18,511 bases of DNA from a candidate division WOR-3 bacterium (GTDB taxonomy: Bacteria; Hydrothermota; Tepidihabitantia; Tepidihabitantales; Tepidihabitantaceae), in contig JBBISL010000029.1 of assembly GCA_037441285.1 (NCBI GenBank), positions 1-18,511 on the forward strand. The letters are read 5' to 3'. The position numbers and the translations under genes were made by a program. Under the pieces are notes generated by a model that was not told where the DNA came from, ran no database searches, and was given only the letters and a program-made list of their open reading frames with translations. The stretch's first letter is position 1. Each line of letters starts with the position of its first letter. Below are positions 8,464 through 17,180 of this stretch, in pieces.

Positions 8464-9036
8464 TTAAATCCTTTTCTTTCTCTCCGTAAAATAAGAAGTG
8501 GGTAAAATACTTTCACCCACCCGGACTACCGTCCTTCGTCCAAAAGCCTCAATCTCAATCCTATCAGGTTGAATGTCTACAATCCGGCGTCCCATCACTA
8601 CATCTCCGACCTTTACCCGTCGGCTATCAATCAACGCATAACTTTCATTACCCAGCGATACCACCGCCTTTACCACATAGTAAGTTCCCTTCCGGCTTGC
8701 CTTTCTCGTTCCCCGCTTTGAGCGTGCATATTTCAGCATCCGGCGCCGCTCCCGCTCCCGCCGTTTCAACTCCCGGCGCTTCTTTTTTTCTTCTTCCCGC
8801 AACCGCTTCTTTTCTGCCAGCCGCTCCTCTTTGGTTTTGGCTTTCAACCGGCCCACCGTCTTCCCTTTTGCTCCCCGCGCCGCAGTCGTGGCGGTCTGTT
8901 CTCCTACCGTTGAGTCGGTTTGCGCCGTTTTGCTCTTAGCCCTTTTAGCCGCTGAACCCTTCGGCTTACGCAAAAGCAGTATCCCGCCGACAACGACAAC
9001 CGCTGCCAGAAGAATCAATATGCCAACTCTTCTCAC
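8464..9036 (-). CDS. Membrane-anchored, highly basic PilP/GspC-HR-like protein (copy 1)
   Basis: GTG start overlaps the pilO stop (GTGA). TM helix, K/R/E-rich helical linker, C-terminal ALIDSRRVKVGDVVMGRRIVDIQPDRIEIEAFGR similar to the next gene. Confidence 0.7.
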   Translation of the reverse strand: MRRVGILILLAAVVVVGGILLLRKPKGSAAKRAKSKTAQTDSTVGEQTATTAARGAKGKTVGRLKAKTKEERLAEKKRLREEEKKKRRELKRRERERRRMLKYARSKRGTRKASRKGTYYVVKAVVSLGNESYALIDSRRVKVGDVVMGRRIVDIQPDRIEIEAFGRRTVVRVGESILPTSYFTERKKRI

Positions 9037-9608
9037 AAACTACCCCCGCCCGCCAGACTGGAGACATATATGTTCACAAGCAATTTTGCCTCAACCTCCG
9101 GTCTGATATCGTCCCGGGCATTGATGTCAACATCAGGCACCCGGACAAAGTATTGATAGCCATTCAAATTCTTGATGTATCGTCCGATATCGAGGTAACG
9201 ACCCTGAACCGTCACCAGGAATGGCACCGGTCTAACCTGGGCAGTTGGTCCCTCTTCCTGGAGGAGGGTATCAAGCCCGGGCGGCACAATCTCTAAGAAG
9301 TGCACCCGCGCCTGTTCTGCCTCCTTGGAAATTCGCCGGAACAACCCTAACATCTCGGAACGGGGCACAACGCGTGCCCAGATACCGGCAATCTCCTGCT
9401 CCAGCTGCTCCTTTTGCTGACGCAAGCGGGGCAACTGGGCAATCCGGGCTTTGGTGTCGTCAAGTTCCTTGCGCAATTCGGCGATTTCCTTTGCCGCCTT
9501 ATTCCGGGCGTTTATCCTCGGTTGGTAAAGGAGAAACCAGGCTGCCACACCTAAGACAATGTATACTGCCAGACCAATGATGACTACCCTTCTTTCAAGT
9601 ATCCCCAT
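9033..9608 (-). CDS. pilO: Type IV pilus alignment protein PilO
   Basis: Single TM, coiled coil (EIAELRKELDDTKARIAQLPRLRQQKEQLEQE), VP..SEM..L...I, and VPF.VTVQGRYLDIGRYI..L....YFVRV typical of PilO. Follows pilMN. Confidence 0.85.
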   Translation of the reverse strand: MGILERRVVIIGLAVYIVLGVAAWFLLYQPRINARNKAAKEIAELRKELDDTKARIAQLPRLRQQKEQLEQEIAGIWARVVPRSEMLGLFRRISKEAEQARVHFLEIVPPGLDTLLQEEGPTAQVRPVPFLVTVQGRYLDIGRYIKNLNGYQYFVRVPDVDINARDDIRPEVEAKLLVNIYVSSLAGGGSL

Positions 9609-9611
9609 AAT

Positions 9612-11216
9612 TTACTCCGTAACACACTGGATTTCAAACTCTAAGACCGCTTCCCCCTGCAGGGTACTCCGGTTCTTAGAAACCAACTGTACCTGTTTAA
9701 ACACATTGCTTCGTTCGAGGTCAATTAAAAACTGAGCGAGGTCGACATCAAGCAGATGCGGTTCACCACTCACCACACCGGTGATTTTCACATTGGAACG
9801 ATTGCTCAATGTGAAACTGCTCAACTGAATATTGGTCGGCACAATCGTCGATAGCGCACCCATAACCGGGACCGTGGGCATGACCTCACCGACCACACCC
9901 TTCAATGCCCGCTCGCGCGTTTCGAGGTCCGATATCTCCTTCTCAAGCGCAAAATAGCCCCGGTTCTGTTCCTCGGTTGCCTTAATCTCGTTGCGTAATT
10001 TAGACACCTGGCCACTTGAAATACCCGTCCACCCCGCGACCATAATGTAACCGACGATTAAAATGCCAACCCAGACGATTCCACCCAGGGTCATCATTCG
10101 CACATCTCGGGCAATTAATCGGCCCGACTTCATCTCGATGGGTAAAAGGTCAACCGCAGAATGGTCATAATACAGGCCAAGCGCCGCTACTAACCTGTAC
10201 CCGACCTCCTCCTCAGGGCTTGTGCCTTTCCGATAAAGACCAAAGTCCCGGAACGGGTCAAACATCTCAGTCGGAATTCCCAGACTGGTCTGGAGGTACT
10301 CCCGCAGACCCTTCATCGCCGCCGAGCCGCCGCAGATGAGCAACCGGTCAATCTTTTGCTCGCCAAACTCCCGGCGGTAATAGTCAATTGACCGGTTGAT
10401 TTCGGCAACAAACCTCTCCAGCGCCGGTCGCTGCAAGGTCAGCAGGCGCTTCACCATAATGCCGGAAGGAAGCCGCTCCTGACTGTCTTCGGGCGGAATC
10501 CCGTACTTGCGTTTCAACTCTTCGGCATCGTAGGCATCCAGCGCCAGCTGACCTTCCTCGGTTGTAATCGCCACCGTCATCGCTTCGGTTATCGCATTGC
10601 CGGCAGTTGTCACCGTACGTGCCAGGTCGAGCCGTTCCCCCTTCATAAATATCATATCGGTAAATTCGGCACCGATGTCGAGCAAACACACCGTTTCGTC
10701 CGGTCTTACCCGTCCGAACTTCTTAACCGCCGCCTGCAAAGCAAATGGTACAACACTGATCGTTGTTGGCTCGAGCCCTGCCTTACGCAATGTGGAGATG
10801 TGGTCGGAGACGATATCCTTACGCGCCGCAATAACCATAACATTGTCTTTTATCGCCCCGGCTTCACGCACCGGTCCCAGGGTCTTGAAGTCAAATATCG
10901 CCTCGTCAAGGGTAAACGGCGAATACTTGTCCAATCGCAAGAGAATCGCCTCTTTCAGCTCCCGGCGATTCATCTTGGGAAATGGCGCCTGCCGCACGCT
11001 GACTGAAGGACCGGAGACGAATGTGTACACCTCACGCGGCTTGTAATCCTTGATCAACTCACGGAGAATAGAGGGGACATCAAACGCCTCACCAATCTCC
11101 TTCAGACCATAGTCAACAACCCGACCACCTTCTACCTTTACAAACTTTACCGAATTGGAACCGATATCAATACAGAGGGTGCCTTTGCCACCCCCGCCAA
11201 AGACCTTAGTTGCCAA
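9612..11216 (-). CDS. pilM: Fused PilM-PilN (actin-like cytoplasmic domain + TM + PilN periplasmic domain)
   Basis: TTG start after GGAGG. Actin-like motifs CIDIGSNSVK, LLDIGAEFT, EINRSIDYY, LICGGSA..KGL. Continues in frame into VDLLP (PilN INLLP-like), a TM helix, a coiled coil and LS..VP.NI.L...V.ITG...F...LE.S.VF..V.L. Confidence 0.9.
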   Translation of the reverse strand: MATKVFGGGGKGTLCIDIGSNSVKFVKVEGGRVVDYGLKEIGEAFDVPSILRELIKDYKPREVYTFVSGPSVSVRQAPFPKMNRRELKEAILLRLDKYSPFTLDEAIFDFKTLGPVREAGAIKDNVMVIAARKDIVSDHISTLRKAGLEPTTISVVPFALQAAVKKFGRVRPDETVCLLDIGAEFTDMIFMKGERLDLARTVTTAGNAITEAMTVAITTEEGQLALDAYDAEELKRKYGIPPEDSQERLPSGIMVKRLLTLQRPALERFVAEINRSIDYYRREFGEQKIDRLLICGGSAAMKGLREYLQTSLGIPTEMFDPFRDFGLYRKGTSPEEEVGYRLVAALGLYYDHSAVDLLPIEMKSGRLIARDVRMMTLGGIVWVGILIVGYIMVAGWTGISSGQVSKLRNEIKATEEQNRGYFALEKEISDLETRERALKGVVGEVMPTVPVMGALSTIVPTNIQLSSFTLSNRSNVKITGVVSGEPHLLDVDLAQFLIDLERSNVFKQVQLVSKNRSTLQGEAVLEFEIQCVTE

Positions 11217-11237
11217 TGTACCTCCTTATTTCCGCCG

Positions 11238-12377
11238 TCACTGATGTACCGGCGTGACGGCAAACTCCGAACCATCATTAAACCTCAATCGAAACAGTTT
11301 ATTGTAAATGTTTGCCTTTGTCGAATCCGAAACATTCGGGGTCTTACAGAACCCGTAAAAGCTGAACTGAACCTCCTCCGTTTTGTTGGGCTGAATTGAA
11401 AACGGAGGATACACATAAAGACTATCCCCCATACCCACGCGCGGGTTAAACTGTTGCTCCTGCGGCGTACCACCCTGGGTAACGCTGTAAACCCGCAGAT
11501 AACTCATATAAGCGCTATCCGGGGCAATGAGCAACCTTATCGATTTAACCGTGTCAACACTTGTGCCACTGTTGACAACCTTAATGGTAAACCCGGCACT
11601 GTCACCAAAAAGCAATGGCTCACCAATCATCTCCAGGTAGTTGCGGAATGTACCGGTGAACCGGAAGTCCAGCACCACTTTGCTGCGCGGTGTTACCGTA
11701 ACCCAGCGTACAATCGAATCCCCTCCCGGCCGCTTGGCAACTATTTTATGAACGCCAATCGGCACTGGTCCATGGGTCTGAGGCGTAAACTGATAAAAAC
11801 CACCGGGGTCCGGTCGGGTAAAGTAAAATGTACCGTTGGGTAGATACAATCTAATGTCAATTGTTGCCGCCTTTTCACCCGGCGGGGCGTTCTCGGCATC
11901 GGAGACATTTCCCATCACCCAGTTGTCGGTTAAATGGCTAATTGCCTCGGCAACCCGCATTGTCATCGGATACTTGCCATTACCCAGTGTCGCAATCGTA
12001 CCGGTTGCTCGGTCATAGGTGTAGGGATTTCCCCAGGCATCCAGGCGGTAACCCATCGTATCCTGTAAAAACTCCCGGCGGATATATGGACCGCGCCAGT
12101 AGGGTGAACCGGCCGTGTTTTCGACCAGTTCCCTCAAATCGTTGGGCAGACGCATCATATCGCCGTAAAACCCGAAATCCACCCTCCGACCATTAGCCAC
12201 AATTTCCGGGTTGCCAACTATCGCGTAAACCAGTTCTTTCATCTCCTTTGCCGTCTGGTCGAAAAGCGAACGGTCCCGGGTCGCATCAATCGTCCGAACC
12301 GCCACGGTGCTCAAAACACCAATGATTAACAAAACTACCAGCAATTCCATCAGGGTAAAACCGTGCTGTTTACTCAT
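11238..12377 (-). CDS. Minor pilin, GspG-like core with two extra C-terminal beta-rich domains (379 aa)
   Basis: MSKQHG|FTLMELLVVLLIIG prepilin motif; SD GAGGTG before ATG 12377; WRGPYI...DAWGNPYTY. Confidence 0.85.
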   Translation of the reverse strand: MSKQHGFTLMELLVVLLIIGVLSTVAVRTIDATRDRSLFDQTAKEMKELVYAIVGNPEIVANGRRVDFGFYGDMMRLPNDLRELVENTAGSPYWRGPYIRREFLQDTMGYRLDAWGNPYTYDRATGTIATLGNGKYPMTMRVAEAISHLTDNWVMGNVSDAENAPPGEKAATIDIRLYLPNGTFYFTRPDPGGFYQFTPQTHGPVPIGVHKIVAKRPGGDSIVRWVTVTPRSKVVLDFRFTGTFRNYLEMIGEPLLFGDSAGFTIKVVNSGTSVDTVKSIRLLIAPDSAYMSYLRVYSVTQGGTPQEQQFNPRVGMGDSLYVYPPFSIQPNKTEEVQFSFYGFCKTPNVSDSTKANIYNKLFRLRFNDGSEFAVTPVHQ

Positions 12378-12384
12378 AAACACC

Positions 12385-13188
12385 TCACGGGTTGTTCCAG
12401 TCAACATTCATTCTTACCTCAATACCCCTTACGCCAACGCGTGGCAATACCGTCAGCACTTTAACAACCGTATCACACCGGGGTGGCGGCGGATAATAAC
12501 TCCAGAACATCGCCCTTAATGTATGGACACCTTGCGGGACACCGATGAAATCAAAAGCACCGTTGGTTCCGGGCCTAATTGAAGTTGTATCGCGGAAGAG
12601 CACCCCATCCCGCGGATACTCCAGTTGAACGATTACCCTCGGCGCAACACTGTCGGGCGGTGGTTCACCTCTTTGGTCAACCACCCAACCATCTACCGTA
12701 TTGGCTAAAAGGTCATTGCGGCTGTAACCCAGAGACCTGGTGAGCCAGCGGATTGGAGTGACAAGCCCACCACCACCGTAACTGCGTAAGAACAAACTAT
12801 CCTGATTATATACAATCGAATCGCCCCAGCCGTCTATTCGATAAGCCTCAGGCGATTCGGCAAAGGGCGCCTTTACATAAGGACCGCGCCACCGGCTGCT
12901 CTCCGGCGGTGTCACCCAGTTCGGTTGATTGGCAAGGTCGGCAAGGGTTCGGGGCAGGCAGCCCATATCGCCCACAAACCCGAAATCGGCTCGAACACCG
13001 CCAATCACATAGTCCGGGTCACCGGTTATCGCCTTTGACAACCGGTCAAGTTTCTGGCGTGTCTGCTCAAAACGACCTCTTTCTAATGTCACATCCCAGG
13101 TTTTAATCGCAGCGGTTAAAATTAAACTGAGAATCATCAGGACAACCAGAAGTTCCACCAGGGTTACACCCTTATCCAATCTCTTCAT
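12385..13188 (-). CDS. Minor pilin, GspG-like core plus C-terminal beta-sandwich domain
   Basis: MKRLDKG|VTLVELLVVLMILS; WRGPYV...DGWG..I.Y...LRSYG; start overlaps the upstream stop (TAATG). Confidence 0.85.
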   Translation of the reverse strand: MKRLDKGVTLVELLVVLMILSLILTAAIKTWDVTLERGRFEQTRQKLDRLSKAITGDPDYVIGGVRADFGFVGDMGCLPRTLADLANQPNWVTPPESSRWRGPYVKAPFAESPEAYRIDGWGDSIVYNQDSLFLRSYGGGGLVTPIRWLTRSLGYSRNDLLANTVDGWVVDQRGEPPPDSVAPRVIVQLEYPRDGVLFRDTTSIRPGTNGAFDFIGVPQGVHTLRAMFWSYYPPPPRCDTVVKVLTVLPRVGVRGIEVRMNVDWNNP

Positions 13189-13730
13189 TAAAACCTCACC
13201 TTGATATCGTCGTCCTTAACCGCACCGGGCTGGCCATAAAAGAGACCATCCGGTCCGGCGCTTTTCAGTCCCAGCGTCTCATTATTTTCCACCCAGTATT
13301 GATAGGGCGTACCCCAGGCATCAGAAAGATAGCCCATCTGTCCATCTTCTCTAATGTAAGGGCCATTCCACCCTTTCTGAATGTACGGGTCCCAACCGGG
13401 CAATGTTTCCTTGCCCAAATACATCACCTGCGCATACATACCATCAAACGGATTGCGGGTAACGAGTTCAATCAGGTGCCGCGGCAATCTACCCATATCC
13501 TGCTTGAACCCGGTGCCGACAACCTCGCCCCCAACTCGCACATCCGGATTACCCATAATCGCTTCGCGCAGGGCGTTCATCTCCTGTTGGGTCGCAGTGC
13601 GTCGGGTGTTGTTTGTAATTCGGGAAATCATTGTCGGGAAAAAGAAAGCCATTATGATACCGAGCACCGATATCACCACCAACAGTTCAATGAGGGTGAA
13701 ACCCGAGGGTCCGCGTACACGCTTAACCAC
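13188..13730 (-). CDS. Minor pilin / GspG-like pseudopilin (180 aa)
   Basis: G|FTLIELLVVISVLG; C-terminus GWNGPYI...DAWGTPYQY...LKSAGPDG......DDDI is GspG-like. Start placed at GTG 13730 because the upstream ATGs (13769, 13739) lie before or within a perfect TTGACA-N16-TATAAT promoter. Confidence 0.85.
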   Translation of the reverse strand: MVKRVRGPSGFTLIELLVVISVLGIIMAFFFPTMISRITNNTRRTATQQEMNALREAIMGNPDVRVGGEVVGTGFKQDMGRLPRHLIELVTRNPFDGMYAQVMYLGKETLPGWDPYIQKGWNGPYIREDGQMGYLSDAWGTPYQYWVENNETLGLKSAGPDGLFYGQPGAVKDDDIKVRF

Positions 13731-13737
13731 TGAATGC

Positions 13738-13765
13738 ATTATAGACCCATCAAATCGGATGTCAA
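13738..13765 (-). promoter_or_regulatory. Consensus sigma70-like promoter for the minor pilin-pilMNOPQ-pilT-pilD operon
   Basis: TTGACA (13765-13760), 16 bp, TATAAT (13743-13738); in-frame GTG lies 7 nt downstream. Confidence 0.8.
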
Positions 13766-13783
13766 GCATATCATCACCCCTGC

Positions 13784-14320
13784 TTAATTGTGCAAGACAA
13801 ATATTATTGCATCCCCGTCGGCATCAAAATCACGGATCGAAGAGCCGCTATGGTCAATACCGACCAGTCCGTAATTGAGAGGATAAGCCGAGCCGGGTGG
13901 GTCCCAGACACTGTAAACGATATTACCTGGGTCGTAACCGGACACATCGTTAGGACCATACTCACTGGTGTTACTTATATCGGTGATGTCGTCGTAGTCC
14001 TCGGGGTTGAACTCGTCCGGGTCCATCTCTTTGCCGGTCCAGGGATTGGTAGGAAGTTTACCAATTCTCACATCGTACTCTCCGCCCGGAAAAATACAGC
14101 CATAGCCATCCTCGTAGAAATCTTCGGCGTAGTACCCGAACTCCTGATGAAAAGTCTCAATCGCAACCTGAACATTGTGGATGTTCATCTTCATTGCTCC
14201 AACCCGCGCCTGTTCCCTGATGCCAGAAAACCTTGGTACCGACATCCCCATCAAAACACCTAAGATCATTATCACCACCAGGAGTTCCACCAGGGTAAAG
14301 CCTTTATTTTTATAGTCCAT
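13784..14320 (-). CDS. Type IV pilin, second acidic pilin paralog (PilA2-like)
   Basis: MDYKNKG|FTLVELLVVIMILG...P22; SD AGGAG. Shares FPGG, P.NP..GK and terminal FVLHN with 17181-17816. Confidence 0.88.
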   Translation of the reverse strand: MDYKNKGFTLVELLVVIMILGVLMGMSVPRFSGIREQARVGAMKMNIHNVQVAIETFHQEFGYYAEDFYEDGYGCIFPGGEYDVRIGKLPTNPWTGKEMDPDEFNPEDYDDITDISNTSEYGPNDVSGYDPGNIVYSVWDPPGSAYPLNYGLVGIDHSGSSIRDFDADGDAIIFVLHN

Positions 14321-14343
14321 ATCGTCTCCTGTTATGATAAATA

Positions 14344-14371
14344 ATTATCAAATATTTACTTCGCTTGTCAA
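14344..14371 (-). promoter_or_regulatory. sigma70-like promoter for the second pilin
   Basis: TTGACA (14371-14366), 16 bp, GATAAT (14349-14344). Confidence 0.6.
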
Positions 14372-14478
14372 GTTAAACTTATCAGGTTAAACCCCTGATA
14401 TCTGACCAGGCATTTATTAAGAACCGGTATTTGCTCGGGCTGGTATCGCAAGACAGCAGAAAGTCCTAACATAATTGC

Positions 14479-15363
14479 TTATTTTACGGGCTGTGTTGTG
14501 CTTTGCACCTTACCCTCTTCTAAAAAGTATTTGCCCCCAAAAGGCTCCTCGGGAATCTCTTGGATATAACCATACCAGACCAGTTCCTCAATTCTGTCTG
14601 GCAACCGTTTCTCTTTCTCCCGAAATCGGTCAACCGCCTCTTGCAAACGGGTAAGGTTTTCTTCGAGTTTCAACAACTGCAGCTGTCGGATTATCAACTC
14701 CCTTAACTTTTTATTTTCCGTTGCGTAATATAAATCCCGCCACATCTGCCGTGCCGTTTCAAACTCTCCGCTCTTGGCGGTAATGTAAGGCACCCATCGG
14801 GAAACAACGCTCCAGGCATCGGGCAACTCGGCGGCAACCCGAAACAGCTGCGCCGCTGACTTGTAATCGCCCGTCAACATATAATTTATAAACCCGGCAT
14901 CAAATGGCAACTGCCAGTTCAGCGGATTTGCCTTCATCCCGTCCAGCAACAACCGCAACGCCTCAATCGGCTTATGGGCATCCCAGGCAAGGGTAATCGC
15001 CCCAAAGTGATACGCACTGACAAATCGTGGGTCAAGGGTTGTTAAAATCTCAAAAATGTGCCCCAGCCACTCGTAACGGCGGTCTGTTTCCTGATGTCGG
15101 CCATAGTAGTCAATGGCGGTCAGCCAGATAAAATCGGCAACTATTTCCCGATACTCTATCGCCGCTTCCCGTAACGCCACACCTGAAGGAAAGTAGGCGA
15201 GCTCCTGCATTAACCGTTCGCCCTGCCTTCGACTGGTGGAATCAATCGCCAGTTGCAGCAGATACACCCCGACAAAACCCCAGACCACCACAACCGCAGG
15301 CAGAATAGCTGCCAACAGCCCAGGACCTTTTGGTTCCGGGGTTGTTACCTCGGTAATTTTCAC
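14479..15363 (-). CDS. Membrane-anchored TPR-like helical protein, similar in pattern and context to Myxococcus PilG / Geobacter XapA
   Basis: N-terminal TM, then FPSG...VADFIWL.AIDYYG....WL...ILTTLDPRFVSAYHFGA..L, and helical repeats (NPLNWQLPFDAGFINY). Follows the ABC ATPase and permease next to the pilin. Confidence 0.65.
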   Translation of the reverse strand: MKITEVTTPEPKGPGLLAAILPAVVVVWGFVGVYLLQLAIDSTSRRQGERLMQELAYFPSGVALREAAIEYREIVADFIWLTAIDYYGRHQETDRRYEWLGHIFEILTTLDPRFVSAYHFGAITLAWDAHKPIEALRLLLDGMKANPLNWQLPFDAGFINYMLTGDYKSAAQLFRVAAELPDAWSVVSRWVPYITAKSGEFETARQMWRDLYYATENKKLRELIIRQLQLLKLEENLTRLQEAVDRFREKEKRLPDRIEELVWYGYIQEIPEEPFGGKYFLEEGKVQSTTQPVK

Positions 15364-15365
15364 TT

Positions 15366-16133
15366 TTAAAAATCCTTGCGGTTAAAAATTATCACCGATA
15401 TCAAAAGAAGCGTCAGACTGTAAACCAGTCCGTAAAGCGCGGCAAGCCCCAACGCTGGAAAATTAAGCGGCACACCATAGACAACATCACCCTTGATATT
15501 GAAATTACCTAAGTTGGGTAGTAGGTAGTAAAGAACAATCCCGAGTAACTTTATCGCCGGTACCGGGCTCATCGCTGCCAGTTGTTTAAGTAGATAGGTA
15601 CTGTGTCCAATAAAGTATATAATAAAGGTAAATACCGCACTGGCAATCGGGGTTACAAAAGTTGAAAAGAAAACCGCAACCGCGGTTAGCAGCGCCAGTT
15701 CAAACGCCGTCATCAAAACTGCCCATAGTAAATAAGGCGTTAGCGCCACCCGGGAAATCAAAAGGATGAGATAAAACCCTGCGGTCATTATCAACAAACT
15801 CAAAACCAAAACCGCCATTAGGCCAAAATACTTGCCAAGGATGAACTCTAATCTTCGTACCGGCCGCGCCAGAATTAAATAAATCGTTCTCTTCTCCACC
15901 TCGCGATAAACTATCCTCCCTCCCACCAGAACCGCAATCAAAACACAGAACAGCGTAATCGCCGATAACCCCAGGTCTTTGATAATCTTATCCGCCTCAC
16001 CCATCGCCACCGGTTGCACCACCTTCGCCCCCGCCATCACCACAATGGCCGTAACAATCAAAGCCACTAAAACCCGGTCCCGCAACGACTCCCGAAATGT
16101 GTTCGCCGCCACACCGTATATCCGGTTAAACAT
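15366..16133 (-). CDS. ABC-2 type transporter permease (PilI-like)
   Basis: ANTFRESLRDR, EVEKRTIYLILARPVRRLEFILGKYFG, about six TM helices, LLPNL. ATG 16133 overlaps the end of the ATPase gene. Confidence 0.88.
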   Translation of the reverse strand: MFNRIYGVAANTFRESLRDRVLVALIVTAIVVMAGAKVVQPVAMGEADKIIKDLGLSAITLFCVLIAVLVGGRIVYREVEKRTIYLILARPVRRLEFILGKYFGLMAVLVLSLLIMTAGFYLILLISRVALTPYLLWAVLMTAFELALLTAVAVFFSTFVTPIASAVFTFIIYFIGHSTYLLKQLAAMSPVPAIKLLGIVLYYLLPNLGNFNIKGDVVYGVPLNFPALGLAALYGLVYSLTLLLISVIIFNRKDF

Positions 16134-17088
16134 CGCCCTTCTCCTCAAGAAATGACTTTACCTGGCTCATAAAGAAATCCTCCAGCGTCTTGGTACGAGG
16201 TACAATCGCCGTAACCTTTGCCCCAGCCTCCCGGGCAATCGCCATCACCCGCTCCACATCCTCATCGTCCTTAACCGTGAGCATCAAAAACTCCCCGGAC
16301 TCTATCGCCTTTTGGGCAACCCGCTCCAGCGCCTTACGGAACTTCCCCAGGGCTCCTCTTACCGTAACTTCAATTGACTCCACCTCAGAAGTAAGAATCT
16401 CGCTCAATTTGCCTACCTTTACCATCTTACCCCCAACAATAATGCCCACCCGGTCACATATCATCTCCACATCCGCGAGAATATGGGTCGAAAAGAAGAC
16501 CGTCTTTCCTTTATCTCTGAGGCTGAGGATGATGTCCCGGAACTCCTTCCTGCCAATCGGGTCAAGCCCTCCCATCGGCTCATCTAAAATCACCACCTCC
16601 GGGTCGTGAATCAACGCCTGGGCAATCCCAATTCGTTGCAACATCCCTCGGGAAAAGCCCTTCATCTGGATATGGGCGGCATGCTCCATCCGCACCATTT
16701 TTAACATCTCCCGGACCCGCGGCTTTAGTTCCCCTCTTGGCACTCCGGAAAGCTGTGCGGTCAACCCCAGAAACTCGGCGGCAGTCAGGTATTCGTAAAA
16801 ATAGGGCGACTCAGGAAGAAAACCCACCGACTTTTTTACCCGGTGGTCTCTTGGTGGTTTGCCCTGAACCAAGGCAAACCCCTGGGTCGGTTTTGCAAGC
16901 CCGATAATGATTTTAATCGCTGTTGTCTTCCCCGCACCATTGGGCCCTAAAAACCCGAATATCTCTCCTTTCTCAACCTGAAGATTCAAATCAACCAGCG
17001 CTCGTACCCGCTTCATCCTGAAGCCGGCGCGGTAAAACTTGGTCAACCGCACCGTCTCAATTGCCGGTTGGGTAACCACTGATGACAT
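16126..17088 (-). CDS. ABC transporter ATP-binding protein (PilH-like)
   Basis: Walker A GPNGAGKTT, signature FSRGMLQRIGIAQAL, Walker B VILDEP, H-loop STH. Confidence 0.93.
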   Translation of the reverse strand: MSSVVTQPAIETVRLTKFYRAGFRMKRVRALVDLNLQVEKGEIFGFLGPNGAGKTTAIKIIIGLAKPTQGFALVQGKPPRDHRVKKSVGFLPESPYFYEYLTAAEFLGLTAQLSGVPRGELKPRVREMLKMVRMEHAAHIQMKGFSRGMLQRIGIAQALIHDPEVVILDEPMGGLDPIGRKEFRDIILSLRDKGKTVFFSTHILADVEMICDRVGIIVGGKMVKVGKLSEILTSEVESIEVTVRGALGKFRKALERVAQKAIESGEFLMLTVKDDEDVERVMAIAREAGAKVTAIVPRTKTLEDFFMSQVKSFLEEKGDV

Positions 17089-17099
17089 ATATAAATGGG

Positions 17100-17127
17100 A
17101 TTATAAAATCAAATATTTCTCAGTCAA
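17100..17127 (-). promoter_or_regulatory. sigma70-like promoter for the ABC module
   Basis: TTGACT (17127-17122), 16 bp, TATAAT (17105-17100); ATG 11 nt downstream with no SD. Confidence 0.75.
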
Positions 17128-17129
17128 GC

Positions 17130-17164
17130 AAACAAAAAGCGGGGTGGGTATTAACCCACCCCGC
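17130..17164 (-). terminator. Intrinsic terminator after the major pilin gene
   Basis: Perfect 11-bp stem gcggggtgggt / acccaccccgc (17139-17164) with a 4-nt loop, followed on the minus strand by TTTTTGTTT. Confidence 0.9.
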
Positions 17165-17180
17165 AAAGGCTGCGGAGGTA

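Noticed and set aside
4491..16609. Numerous plus-strand ORFs of 60-223 aa across the pil locus
   Set aside because: All are antisense to well-supported minus-strand genes and lack recognisable motifs.
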